This document shows, one piece after another, positions 27,320 to 39,610 of a DNA stretch of 64,000 nucleotides; the stretch's first letter is position 1, and each line of letters opens with the position of its first letter. The translations under genes and the position numbers were made by a program. Origin of the DNA: Hemiscyllium ocellatum (taxonomy: Eukaryota); assembly GCF_020745735.1 (NCBI RefSeq), contig NC_083431.1:43118496-43182495 (forward strand), given 5' to 3'. The notes under the pieces were generated by a model. That model was given only the letters and a program-made list of their open reading frames with translations. It made no database searches and was not told the DNA's origin.

Positions 27320-28135
27320 AAGCACTGAGGTCAGGTAGCATCGAAAGAGTGGGAAGCAGTCAACATTTCAAGTTAGTGTTTTCATCAGTGAGTAGACGAA
27401 GAATGGCAGATCAGACAGCGTCCGAGGAGCAGGAATGTCATCATTTCAGGACAAAACCCTTTGTCACAACTGGGGAGGGTATGGGAAGCCCAGAAGTAAA
27501 TGGTTGGGGGTGGGGGGGGTGGGGGGGGGCAGGGCGGAGGGGGGGCAGGGGGGAACTGGGAGATGGGCAGATGGCATAGTGATAGGTGGATGCAGATAGG
27601 GGGTTATTTTGATTGGTTAGTGGGAAGGATGGAGCAGATAGGTGGGTAGGAAGATGGGCAGGTTAAGACAGGTCAGGGAGGTGAGGGAAAGGGCTGGACA
27701 TGAGATAAGGCTGGGGGAGAGGGATTTTAAAGTTGGTGAAATCATTGCTGAGGCCTTTAGGCTGTAAACTTCAATTGTTCCTCCAGTTTCCATTTGGCCT
27801 CACTCTGACAGTGGAGGAGGCCAAGGATAGACATGTCGCCAGGGGTGGGGTGGGGGGAATTAAAATGGATGGCAACTGGAAGGCCAGCTTGGTTATTGCG
27901 TTCAGAGTGCAGATGCTCCTTGAACTGGACCCCAAATCTGCATTTGGCCTCCCTGATATAGAGGAGCAACAGATACAATAGATCAAGTTAGTTGAAATGC
28001 AGGTGAATCTCTGCTGGATCTGGAAGGATTGTATGGGGCCTAGGACAGAGGTGAGAGGGGAGGTGTAGGGGCAGATGTTGCACCTCTTGCAGTTGCTCTG
28101 TGTGGTGGAGAAGTTCATCAGAACTGGAAGGAGTT
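27320..28135 (-). mobile_element. degenerate Neptune-type PLE remnant
   Basis: CKRCNICPYTS, FTCISTNLIYCICC, LLYIREAK..FKEHL, PVAIHFNSP (GIY-YIG); homologous to 33331-34510. Confidence 0.8.
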
Positions 28136-28677
28136 GGAGATGCAGCAGTTTGAATCAAGTGCAGGGTGCAAGGGGTTAAAGAACAGGAAGGAAGGTCTGT
28201 GATAAGATGTAAGGCAAGATTAAGTGACAAAGGGGATGATGCTGCCAGGCAAAAGGGACTGTTATTGGATAAACAACAGCAGTACTTGCTTTCTGAACAA
28301 ATAGTGACATTGGTATGAGCGGGCATTACGAATGCAAACCCTATATATTTTGAAAATGTAAACAGAGATTTTCTTAAGGGAAGTGCTGCATCCATTCCCA
28401 ACCTCCCCCAATGCTCTGGGCTCCTCCTTTGTGTCCACCTCCCATCTTTCCCTCGCAAACCTCTCTGTCACCTGCTTAACAATTGTTTCCCACTTGAAAG
28501 CTTTCGTACACAGCTTCTAACTAGTCCATGCAAATTATGTTGCAAGTTAATTGTATATTAATGTTGGTTCACACATTGCATTTATATTTAACTTGTTTAA
28601 ACTTCTGATTTATCATAGCAGTTTTTATATATTCCTGTGGATATTAAATAAAGTAGTTCCCTTATTTTTTAAAAAGC

Positions 28678-28812
28678 AGTTCTGAGGAAGGGTCACCAGA
28701 CCTGAAGCGTTAACTCTCATTTCTCTTCACAGGTGTTCTTAGACCTGCTGAGCTTTTCCAGCAACCTTTGTTTTTGTTTCTGATTTAAAACATCCACAGT
28801 TCTTTCGGTTTC
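28678..28812 (+). mobile_element. short PLE-terminal element, hammerhead family B
   Basis: AGTT-CTGAGGA-A-GGGTC-ACCA-GACCT-GAAGC-GTT-AACT; one core lesion (GAAA->GAAG). Confidence 0.75.
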
Positions 28813-31024
28813 TCTTTAAAAACTGGAGCCCTCACACAACCTACCTTTCCACATATCTTTTGTCATCTGCAGATTTGGCTATAGTGCATTCACTTCCATC
28901 CTTCATGTCATTTATATATGACTTATATAATTTATATGTCAGAAAGAAATTGGGGAAAAAAGCATTTCCCTATGTACACCACAGACTGACAAATCTGTTT
29001 TCCTCCTGATATTTTGTGTGTTCACCATGTAGGTACAGGGTGCTACCATTAAGAATAGCTACTGTGATCCATGTGTGCAAGCAGATGTTCTATGTTGTGC
29101 ACCTTATAGGACAGGCAAAGGTGTTTACTGCTGCTGAGACTTTGTGACATTCATGCCTCTGATGTCATATTGAAGTCCAGCTATGTATCATTTCACATTG
29201 CTGCAAGCTGGGAATTTCCCTTTGCTGAGGTGTTGCCAGTCATCCCAAAGGAAAAGGGAAGTCAGTTCCTTGGTTCACTGACCAAGCAGTTCCAGTGGAA
29301 AGGAAAGTAGTGCCTTTTCTAATTGAGCAGCAAAAGAGCCCAACACCACCGTACACAGCCTTCCTGCACTGAGATAGTGGCCGAGGGTCAGTGTAGAACC
29401 CTGGGTGAAAATGTACAGCAATGATGGAATAAGGTTAACAATATTCTGTGCTTCGCAAGGTTTAAGTGTCACTATCTTCTCTCTGCTACCTCATAGTCAC
29501 AGGTCCACCACAACACCTTAAGCTCCCCAAGACCCATGGACTACAACTTTCATGATTTAAAACATTATATCGACTCAACCATTCTCACCCATCTCATCCT
29601 CTCAAACTAGCTCCCCTTCCTGCCATCTGCACTTCCTACTGGGGGACACCACTACCTCACCACCTCTCCGACTTCTGCATCATCACTGACTGCTCTTCCA
29701 ACTACTTCCAACACACTTGATCTCTCCCTTTATCTCATTGCAGGAAAGTTGCTCTATACCCTGAACTAATGACAGCACTCCAATTGACCCACTTGTAATC
29801 CCTGGACAGGTAGCACTTGACCTTCCGGGAATGACCGTCACCAACCTCCTTTCTGAAATTGGATGAGCTGTAATGATGCCCTCTGACTAACCATGGTTCT
29901 CCCTTGACCCCATTAAGGACTGGCCTCCTTTGACTTTCACAAATGGCTGTTTGGTTAAAGCTCATGCCAGTATTAGGCCACATAACTTTTGGCACATGTT
30001 GGAGGTGTGAAATTGATGGAGTATGCTACTGTGCAGCAATATGTCCATTCACGTGACTATTCAAATCATAACAAGCTGCCTGCCTCTCTCTCTGTCTAAA
30101 AAGCAAAGCAAGTCGTAAAGGCCAACAGCCTCCAAGTAAGCACAGAGTAAGTAAGTGAATGTAAACTAAGAGCCATAAGATGAATCCTGTGTAGCTGCAT
30201 GAGATGTCCCTACATGCAAAGCAATCTGTCAGAAACATGCAAATCGTAGGTGTTCCCAGAGCTCCAAAGTGAAGTCCTGAAGAGCTGAATTGGTATCTGA
30301 GTTGGTCCATAAGCATCCACAATGACAAGGTAAGGCTGTTGGTCTATAGTCATTGACCTGGGTGGATGAAGGATGGAAGAGCATGATGTCCAAGGAACAT
30401 GCAAGGTGTTGTGATGAAGACAGGATTAGATGAAGGCCTGGAGGTGCAAGCATCAAGCTGTCGCTGCTTGTAACTGCCCTGACTTACATAATGGGAAATA
30501 ACAGTGAGTTGGGCTGTTGTTTTGAAAAGCATCAATGGAAACAAGACAGTCACCATTCATTAGCGTGATTCTGACCTTGCTGTTTAAACATTGAGAAAAC
30601 AATTTCTGATTTTCTCCTCAATGTGGAAATTCTGATTTTTAAACATTTTCTTTGTGTTCCCATATTTTTCAATATTTCCTATGCTGATCTGGAGAACAGA
30701 AAGTTATACCCCTAATAATCTGTGCTAGAGTTTTTAAAAAATTCATTTGTGGAATGTGGACATAGTTGGCTTGGTCTTGAGAAAGTGGTGCAGAGTTGCC
30801 TTCTTGAATTGCTGCAGTCTATACTGTAGATCCACTTACAATGCAATTAGGGAAGGAATTGCAGAATTTTGACCCAGCAACACTAAAGGAATGAGATGGT
30901 GAGTGGCTTGGAAGGGGACCTACAGATGGTGATGTTCCCATGTATCTGCTGTCCTTCTAGATAGTAGTGGTTGTGTGTTTGGAGGTGCTATCTAAGGAAT
31001 TGGTGAATTTCTACAGCACTTTTA

Positions 31025-32270
31025 GACCATACAATATAGGAGCAGAATTTGGGCAATTGAGTCTTTTATGCCATTCAATCATCGTTGATATGTTGTCCTA
31101 CTTTCTCCCCATAACCCTTGATCCCCTTACTAATCAAGAACCTATCTATCTCTGACTAGAATAGATTCAATGACTTGGCCTCCACAGCCCTGTGCGCCAC
31201 TAAATTCCATAGACAAACCATCCTCTGGCTGAAGAAATCCCCCTCATTTCAGTTCTAAAGGGTCGACCTTTCATTCTGAGGCTGAGCTCTCGGGTCCCAG
31301 TCTATCCTACTAATGGCAATATCTTCTCCACGCCCACTCTAACCCCCCCCCCATCCTTCTAAACTCCATCAAGTACCAACCTAGAGTCCTCAACCCCTCC
31401 TCATATGCCAGGCCCTTTACTCTTGGGATTATTCTTGTTAAACTCCTCTGGACCCCTTCCAATGCCAGTACATCCTTCCTTAGATATGGGACCCAAAACT
31501 GCTCTCAATATTCAAAATGCTGTCTGACCAGAGCTTTATACAGCCTCAGCAATACATGCCCGCTGTTGTATTTTTGCCCTCTTGAAGTGAATGCTAACAT
31601 TTGCCTTCCTTTACTGCCAACTGAACCTGCATGTTAATCTTAAGAGAGGTCTGAACTAGGACTATCAAGTCTTTTTTGCTTCAGATTTCCGAATTATTTT
31701 CCCATTCAGAAAATAGTCAACAACTCTGTTCTTCCCACAAAGGTGCATAACCTCCACATTTTGCCACATTGTATTCCATATATCACTTCTTTGCCCATAC
31801 TCCTAGTCTGTCCAAATCCTTCTGGAGCCTCCCCACTTCCTCAACACTACCTGTCTCTCCAGTTGGCTTTGTGTCATCTGCAAATGTAGCAACAATGCCC
31901 TAATTTCCTTTATCCAGATTGCTAATTTATAATGTGAATAGTTGTGGTTCCAGTACTGGCCCCTGTGAAACTCCATTAGTCAACGGCTACCAATTTGAAA
32001 AAGATCCCTTTATCCCTACTCTCTGCCTCTTGCCAATCAGTCAATCCTCTATCCATGCCAGTACCTTGCCTCTAACACCATGGGCTCTTATCTAATTTAG
32101 CAGCCTCCTGCGTGGTAACTTGTCACATGACTTTGACTGACTTTCCTTTGTCTACCTCCTCAAAAAATTCGAACAGAGTTTTCAGGCCGGACCTTCCCTT
32201 GACTAAGCCATATTGACTCTGTCCTAGTTTACCATGCATTTCCGATTAATGCGTAATCTCATCCCTAATA
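31025..32270 (-). mobile_element. CR1 3' portion (old)
   Basis: Typical CR1 3' UTR and RT DNA (GTGTCATCTGCAAA = FADDT on the minus strand). Confidence 0.8.
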
Positions 32271-33330
32271 ATGTCAAGCTTCTTGAATGTTGGAGACCTG
32301 AACTCATCTAGACAGGTGTAGGTTCTGTACTTGTTACTAAAGGAGCCTGGCTGGTGTGAATCTGATACGAAGCTATTCAGAATCTTATGTATAGCTGCCA
32401 ATATCCTCCTTTTTCAAATGCAAACTTTGTTATGACCAATGGAGAAGTGGGACAAGGAAAAGAATCTGGTCATCCTCCAAACTCGGCTGTAACAGCCTGT
32501 TTCTGTCTCAACCTTCTGTATCTCAGGTTGGTGGCACTGAAAGATTGCGGGTGTTTTCTGTTGTGGAAAGGTAGTATTATTTTCCTGAAACTGTGTTTAT
32601 CTACCTATGGAGTGCTGTTCTGGTGTTACCTAAGAAAGTGAATGAACTGGACCTGTATGTCTCACTGGTTAAGTCTTTACAAGTCATTAGTATATTTTCA
32701 TACACTCACTTACTCACTTACGAAATGTTATACTTGGATTTGCATCTCAAAGAGTTTGGAAAATTAGCCTATTAGGAAATATTTATTCATTAATCTAGCC
32801 TAATTAATTTAAATTCTCCAAAGAATAATTGGATTCACTCACAAACTGAATTTCAGGCCTGAAATTGCTATCAGTGATATTCCCTTTTTTTGGGTTATTT
32901 CCTATTTTAAATTAACAATGGCATTTGAAAGAAGCACTTTAAGCATTTATATTTACAATGCTGTATTTACACTCAGCTTTAAGTAGTCTTCTCCAGGTTG
33001 TCAGTGAGATTAGATAGTAAACAGGATTTTCCTTTCCAATGGGCTAGCAGGATACTTGATGGGAAGGTGGGAGTGAACGAGACCCCCAGAATACAGGATC
33101 CTTAATTATTTTAGAACTAGCCATATTTTCTGGCATCACTTCCACCAGACGTCCCAGCTCAAATATGGCCTTATTTAGATGGAGCTGTAATAATGTAATA
33201 TTTCATGGCCATTGCATTAATAACACTGGGCATTGCTTATGCCAGTCTTCAGGAGATGCCATTGTTTCTGACAGAGGCACAAGATCTTAAAGATTGTTAA
33301 GATCCAAATGAAATCAGAAGTTAATTATAG

Positions 33331-34510
33331 TAAAAAATGAGGTCTGCAGATGCTGGAGATCACAGCTGCAAAAGTGTTGCTGGTCAAAGCACAGCAGGTT
33401 AGGCAGCATCTCAGGAATAGAGAATTCGACGTTTCGAGCATAAGCCCTTCATCAGGAATAAGAGAGAGAGAGCCAAGCCGGCTGAGATAAAAGGTAGGGA
33501 GGAGGGACTAGGGGGAGGGGCGATGGAGGTGGGATAGGTGGAAGGAGGTCAAGGTGAGGGTGATAGGCCGGAGTGGGGTGGGGGCGGAGAGGTCAGGAAG
33601 AGGATTGCAGGTTAGGAGGGCGGTGCTGAGTTGAGGGAACCGACTGAGACAAGGTGGGGGGAGGGGAAATGAGGAAGCTGGAGAAATCTGAATTCATACC
33701 TTGTGGTTGGAGGGTTCCCAGGCGGAAGATGAGGCGCTCCTCCTCCAGCCGTCGTGTAGTTGTGTTCTGCCGGTGGAGGAGTCCAAGGACCTGCATGTCC
33801 TCGGTGGAGTGGGAGGGGGAGTTAAAGTGTTGAGCCACGGGGTGATTGGGTTGGTTGGTTCGGGCGGCCCAGAGGTGTTCTCTGAAGCGTTCCGCAAGTA
33901 AGCGGCCTGTCTCACCAATATAGAGGAGGCCACATCGGGTGCAGCGGATGCAATAGATGATGTGTGTGGAGGTACAGGTGAACTTGTGGCGGATATGGAA
34001 GGATCCCTTGGGGCCTTGGAGGGAAGTGAGTGTGGAGGTGTGGGCGCAAGTTTTACATTTCCTGCGGTTGCAGGGGAAGGTGCCGGGGGTGGAGGTTGGG
34101 TTGGTGGGGGGTGTGGATCTGACAAGGGAGTCACGAAGGGAGTGGTCCTTGCGGAACGCTGATAGGGGAGGGGAGGGAAATATATCCTTGGTGGTGGGGT
34201 CCGTTTGGAGGTGGCGGAAATGGCGGCGGATAATACGTTGTATGCGCAGGTTGGTGGGGTGGTAGGTGAGAACCAGTGGGGTTCTGTCTTGGTGGCGGTT
34301 GGAGGAGCGGGGCTCAAGGGCGGAGGAGCGGGAAGTGGAGGAGATGCGGTGGAGGGCATCGTCGATCACGTCTGGGGGGAATCTGCGGTCCTTGAAGAAG
34401 GAGGCCATCTGGGTTGTGCGGTGTTGGAATTGGTCCTCCTGGGAGCAGATGCGGCGGAGACGAAGGAATTGGGAATATGGGATGGCGTTTTTACAGGGGG
34501 CAGGGTGGGA
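33331..34510 (-). mobile_element. young 5'-truncated Neptune-type Penelope-like element
   Basis: Uninterrupted ORF to 33593: SHP..CKNAIPYSQFLRLRRICS (RT thumb), GTFPCNRRKCKTC (Neptune linker Zn motif), HIIYCIRC..CGLLYIGETGR..ERFREH (GIY-YIG). CpG-rich, so little decay; 3' terminal repeat carries an intact HHR. Confidence 0.95.
33424..33459 (-). ncRNA. minimal type I hammerhead ribozyme motif
   Basis: ATTC-CTGATGA-A-GGGC-TTAT-GCTC-GAAAC-GTC-GAAT. Stem I ATTC/GAAT, stem II GGGC/GCTC, full catalytic core, GUC cleavage triplet, palindromic ACGU stem III. Confidence 0.85.
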
Positions 34511-35806
34511 GATTCTTGGAGCAGCAATAACCATTTCTTACCCCACCCTTGGTATTAAAATTCCAAGCACTTTTGAGAAGGCTTTCAGCAGTATTCCCAA
34601 AGAAGTTCAATAATATAGTCTGCAGGAAGTTCACTGAAGTCAGACTGGTTAGACAACCTGCCCCTTCCTGTTTGCTAGCAAAGAGAATCACTAGTCTATT
34701 TACCCTGTCCATGCCCCTCGTGATTTTATAAACCTCTGTAAGGTCACTGACAGCTTCCGACGCTCCAGGAAAAACAGTCCCAGCCTATTCAACCCCTTCC
34801 ATTGGCTCAAGCCCTCCAACCGTGGCAACATCCTTGCAAATCTTTTCTGAACCCTTTCAAATTCTACAGCATCCTTCTGATAGGAGGGAGACCAAAATTG
34901 CACACAATATTCCAAAAGTGGCCTAACCAATGTCCTGTACAGCCACAATATGACCTCCCAAGTCCTATACTTAATTCTCTGGAAAGGAAAGCATGCCAAA
35001 CATCATTTTCACCAACCTGCGACTCCACTTTCAAGGAACAATGAACATGTACTCCAAGGTCTTCTTATTTAGCAATACTCTCCAGGGCCTTACCATTAAG
35101 TGGATAAGTTCTGCCAGAATGGATAACTAGTTCTATCTCAGTAGATTTTGTCATATCATTGGAAGTATAATTCTGTTTTGTTATCAAGAGTCAGTGAGTC
35201 TGATTCTTGGAGCAGCAATAACCATTTCTTACCCCACCCTTGGTATTAAAATTCCAAGCACTTTTGAGAAGGCTTTCAGCAGTATTCCCAAAGAAGTTCA
35301 ATAATATAGTCTGCAGGAAGTTCACTGAAGTCAGACTGGTTAGACAACCTGCCCCTTCCTGTTTGCTAGCAAAGAGAATCACTAGTCTATTTACCCTGTC
35401 CATGCCCCTCGTGATTTTATAAACCTCTGTAAGGTCACTGACAGCTTCCGACGCTCCAGGAAAAACAGTCCCAGCCTATTCAACCCCTTCCATTGGCTCA
35501 AGCCCTCCAACCGTGGCAACATCCTTGCAAATCTTTTCTGAACCCTTTCAAATTCTACAGCATCCTTCTGATAGGAGGGAGACCAAAATTGCACACAATA
35601 TTCCAAAAGTGGCCTAACCAATGTCCTGTACAGCCACAATATGACCTCCCAAGTCCTATACTTAATTCTCTGGAAAGGAAAGCATGCCAAACATCATTTT
35701 CACCAACCTGCGACTCCACTTTCAAGGAACAATGAACATGTACTCCAAGGTCTTCTTATTTAGCAATACTCTCCAGGGCCTTACCATTAAGTGGATAAGT
35801 TCTGCC
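34511..35806 (+). repeat. 605-bp direct duplication (34511-35115 = 35202-35806) with 86-bp spacer
   Basis: No differences seen by eye; ORF track gives identical peptides at offset 691. Unit = unique DNA + part of a minus-strand CR1. Confidence 0.92.
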
Positions 35807-36413
35807 CTGATTTGCTTTTCCAAAATACAGCACCTCACATTTATCTAAAATAAACTCTATCTGCCACTCCTCGGGCCATTGGCCCATCTTCTCAAATTTT
35901 GGTGTCATCTGCAAACTTACTAACTATACCTCCTTATGAATGACAAAAAGCAGTAGACCAATCACTGATCCTTGCGGCACACAATGGTCACAGGCTTCCA
36001 GTCTGAAAAACAACTCTCCATCATCGCTCGAATTGTACTTAAGTAGGTTAAGAGAGAGAGAAAACATGTCTTGGTTCCCCTTGAACTTTACATGATACCA
36101 TCCAGTGCTGGTATCTTGCACAATGAAATTGTAAGACCACCACTTGTAGCAACGAGTTGCACTTCTTTGGATTCTGAAGTCATTTCATATACAACCTGAG
36201 CTTGAAATGTAATCCCACCAGTTTTGCCCTTATGGTGGTTATAAATCTCTACAAACATCAGATGTGAGAATGATTGCCAGAAATTCATGGGTGATATGAA
36301 TATGATATACTAAGGAAACTTGCCACAGGAGAGAATTCCTCACACTGAATCTTTATATTGGTCATATCAAGAAACATTAGCGGCAGCCTAATTAATATTA
36401 CATTTCCTTACAG

Positions 36414-36509
36414 GAACAACTTGCTTTGCACATAACAGGAGTTCAGACCCAAAAGAACAGCATGGAGGGGCAAATGAACAAGCTGATACACAACAAGACA
36501 CGTATCATT
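36414..36509 (+). CDS. TRIM50: TRIM50 coiled-coil exon (96 nt)
   Basis: ccttacag acceptor, GTGAGT donor. EQLALHITGVQTQKNSMEGQMNKLIHNKTRII (human ...KLVNNRTRIV). 96 nt is the canonical TRIM-B30.2 exon size. Confidence 0.93.
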
Positions 36510-37609
36510 GTGAGTTTGTAGTACTGGAGATTGTTTACAAGGTCCAGTGCATACTTTTCGAAGAGATCATCTCAGCAATGTTCCTCTTTGATATAAAGTT
36601 TGATATGAATGGATAAATAGTCCATAAATTGCACGTTTAGGGGCAGGTCTGACTGATACCACAGTCAATGTGTTCTGAAATGTGTTCTTCAATAATTATG
36701 TGATGGGAATAGCAGACTACTGTAGTCCACATGTAGCTATTGGACTACAGAAAAACCTGAACCTTTTAAAATCAGCAAATCATACAATTGTACAATCTCT
36801 GAATGAGAGAGGAAAGCTACAGGATTAGGAAGAACCCTTTGCTAAATTATTTGGATGTTCCCCACCATATTTTCATGTCATATCCATACGATAGCAAACA
36901 TCACATTCAAGATTATGTATTTTTCAGGCTAAAACACATACCAAGTTTATTGAAAATGCATAATAATACAAATATAAAAGCAATACAGCAGAATAATTTA
37001 CACTGCGAATGCTCAACTTGGACACTTGATTTTATTTCCTAAATAACAAAATGTCCAGAATGTTAAAATTCCTTCCAGAATCTTCTGGCTTAGTTCCTCT
37101 GATAGAGTGTTTTGTGCCTTTCAGAACCCTGAGTCACTGCTGCAGTGGATCAATTCACGTTTAAAGTAGGGGGAACTGGGAACTGAAAACTGATAAGCTT
37201 TCATCTATTACACCATTTCTAGGTGTACTTTTCACAACGAAAAATTTCTGTTCATATCCAATTTTGACTTTCATTGTAGTGTGAGAGATTTAGCTGTGCA
37301 CATTCAATGAGAAATATGTTTGATTCTGATGCTGCGATTGTATATATAACTCTTTAGTCCTAAGAACAACTCTTAATGATGATTATGTGCTACGAGCTTC
37401 ATGAGCATTCAACATTTCCCAGGCAAGACGGAACTCGTGGTGGAATTTGAGGGATTGGGCATTTGCAAAGTATTCATTTTTCAGACAGCAAGATAAGTTG
37501 CAAAGTCTTTCCTGTGCCCCTTTTGACATGCAATATCTTCATCCTTGACAATATCTAACTTGAAGGCCCAGACAAAAAAAAGTTTTTCTCCAGACAATAC
37601 TTGTTTATT

Positions 37610-37813
37610 AGGAGAAAGTACGGACTGCAGATGCTGGAGATAAGAGTTAAAGAGTGTGGTGCTGGAAAAGCATAGCAAGTCAGGCAGCATCTGAGGAGGA
37701 GGAGAATCAACATCTCGGGCATAAGCCCTTCATCCTGATGAAGGGCTTATGCCTGAAACGTCAGTTCTCCTGCTCCTCAGATGCTGCCTGACTGGCTGTG
37801 CCTTTCCAGCAGC
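37610..37813. mobile_element. fold-back PLE mini-element with back-to-back hammerhead arms
   Basis: Inverted arms 37656-37734 / 37737-37815 (centre GCCCTTCATC-CT-GATGAAGGGC); 16-bp TSD ACAATACTTGTTTATT at 37594-37609 and 37814-37829. Confidence 0.9.
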
Positions 37814-38536
37814 ACAATACTTGTTTATTGTCTTACCTCACTTTTCCCACCTTGTTCTCCCACTCTCATGCAACACACAAAGCAATCCTTTCAGAAAGCA
37901 ACCAACTATGTCTTTTTGATAATATGAGGGTCATTTTGTCATGTATCATCATTTCGGTCCTTCTCCATAATTCACCTTATCTGATACCGTGGACTGATTT
38001 TAGTGGAAATTGTGCCCTTTCACCAGGCACTGACTACTTTTGAATAAAGCAGTCCCACTCCCCCCGCTCCCTCTGAATACTTCTAGGTCTTCCTAGTGGC
38101 AACCGCCGCCCACTGCTGGGTGAATTCCTGCTGTGGAGAGATGAAGCCCTTAAGTTGGCATTTTGTCTGCAGTTGTTGAGTCTGTTTCACATCACTTTTT
38201 GAAAATTTCAACAAATTCACCTTTGTCTAAATAATGTGATATCTCCAGAGTTCATTTATTCCTTCGTAATGACCAATTCCTTGTCTGTTTTAGTGTGTTA
38301 GAGCAGGAAACTGTAACTGAGCTGGAAGGCCTGCCATGATATTCCTGGAGTGTGGAATAGGCTTGATGGGCAGAATGATCTGCTCCTGTTTCTAATGTTT
38401 CTAGGTCAGGAACTCTCTGATATTCTTGCTAGGGTCTGTTGTCCTAAATTGTAATCTGGACACTCCATATTCTCTCCATTAACATTCCATCTTTTTCTAC
38501 TCCTAGTATTTCTTTCAGTTTTTCCTTGGGAGAATC

Positions 38537-39350
38537 ACATAGAGTCATAGAATCATGAGATATACAGCACAAAAACAGACCATTAGGTCCAACTCGCCCA
38601 TGCAGACCAGATGTCCTAAATGAATCTGTCCCATTTGCCAGCACTTTCTATTCATATATCCATCCAGATGCCTTTTAAATGTAGTAATTGTACCAGCCCC
38701 CACCACTTTCTGTGGCAGCTCATTCCTACACACAACACTTGTTGTGTGAAAATGTTTCCCATTAGACCACTTTTAAATTTTTCCCCTCTCACCCTAAATC
38801 TATGCCCTCTAGTTCTGAATTCCCCCACCCCAGGGAAAAGACCTTGTCTATTTATCCTATCCATGCCCCTCATGATTTTATAATGCCTATAAAGGTCACC
38901 CCTCAGCCTCCTATGATCCAGTGAAAACAGCCCCAGCCTGTTCAGCCTCTCCCTACAGCTCAAACTCCCAACCCTGGCAATAGCCTTGTAATTCTTTTCT
39001 TAACCCTTTCAAGTTTTACAACATCCTTTGGATAGGAAGGAGACCTGAACTGCACACAATATTCCAAAAGTGACCTCACCAATGTCCTGTCCAGCAGCAA
39101 TATGACCTTCCAACTCCTGTAAATGCTCTGACCAATAAAGCATACCAAACGCCTTCTTCACTATCCTATCTACCTACGACTCCACTTTCAAGGAGCTATG
39201 AAACTGCACTCTGAGGTCTCTTTGTTCATCAACACTCCCCCAAGCCTTACTATTAAGTGTATAAGTCCTGCCCTGATTTGCCTTTCCAAAATGCAACACC
39301 TCTCATTTATCCAAATTAAACTCCATCTGCTACTCCTCGGCCCACTGGTC
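38537..39350 (-). mobile_element. CR1 (HER1-like) 3' portion
   Basis: RERLNRLGLFSL.HRRLRGDL, LVRSLLEYCVQF; same subfamily as the 45602 and 54058 copies. Confidence 0.9.
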
Positions 39351-39379
39351 CAAGTTTTATGCTATCTTTATTTTCCCAG

Positions 39380-39610
39380 AATGAATCTGACGTCTTTAAA
39401 TTGGTGATTCAGAAGGAATTCCAGGAGCTCAGGAGTTTTGTTGATGATGAAGAGGCCAATATTATCGAGACCATACAATTAAAATGTACTTCTGCCATTG
39501 AATCAATTGATGAACAGTTGGAAGAGATGTCCAAATCTTTAAAGCAGTTTGCTGAAGCTGAGGCTTCATTGAAGAAACTAAGCAACGAAAATCACTTAGA
39601 TTTCATACAA
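39380..39610 (+). CDS. TRIM50: TRIM50 coiled-coil exon (231 nt)
   Basis: ttttcccag acceptor, GTAAGT donor. NESDVFKLVIQKEFQELRSFVDDEEA...ENHLDFIQ. Canonical 231-nt TRIM exon. Confidence 0.95.
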
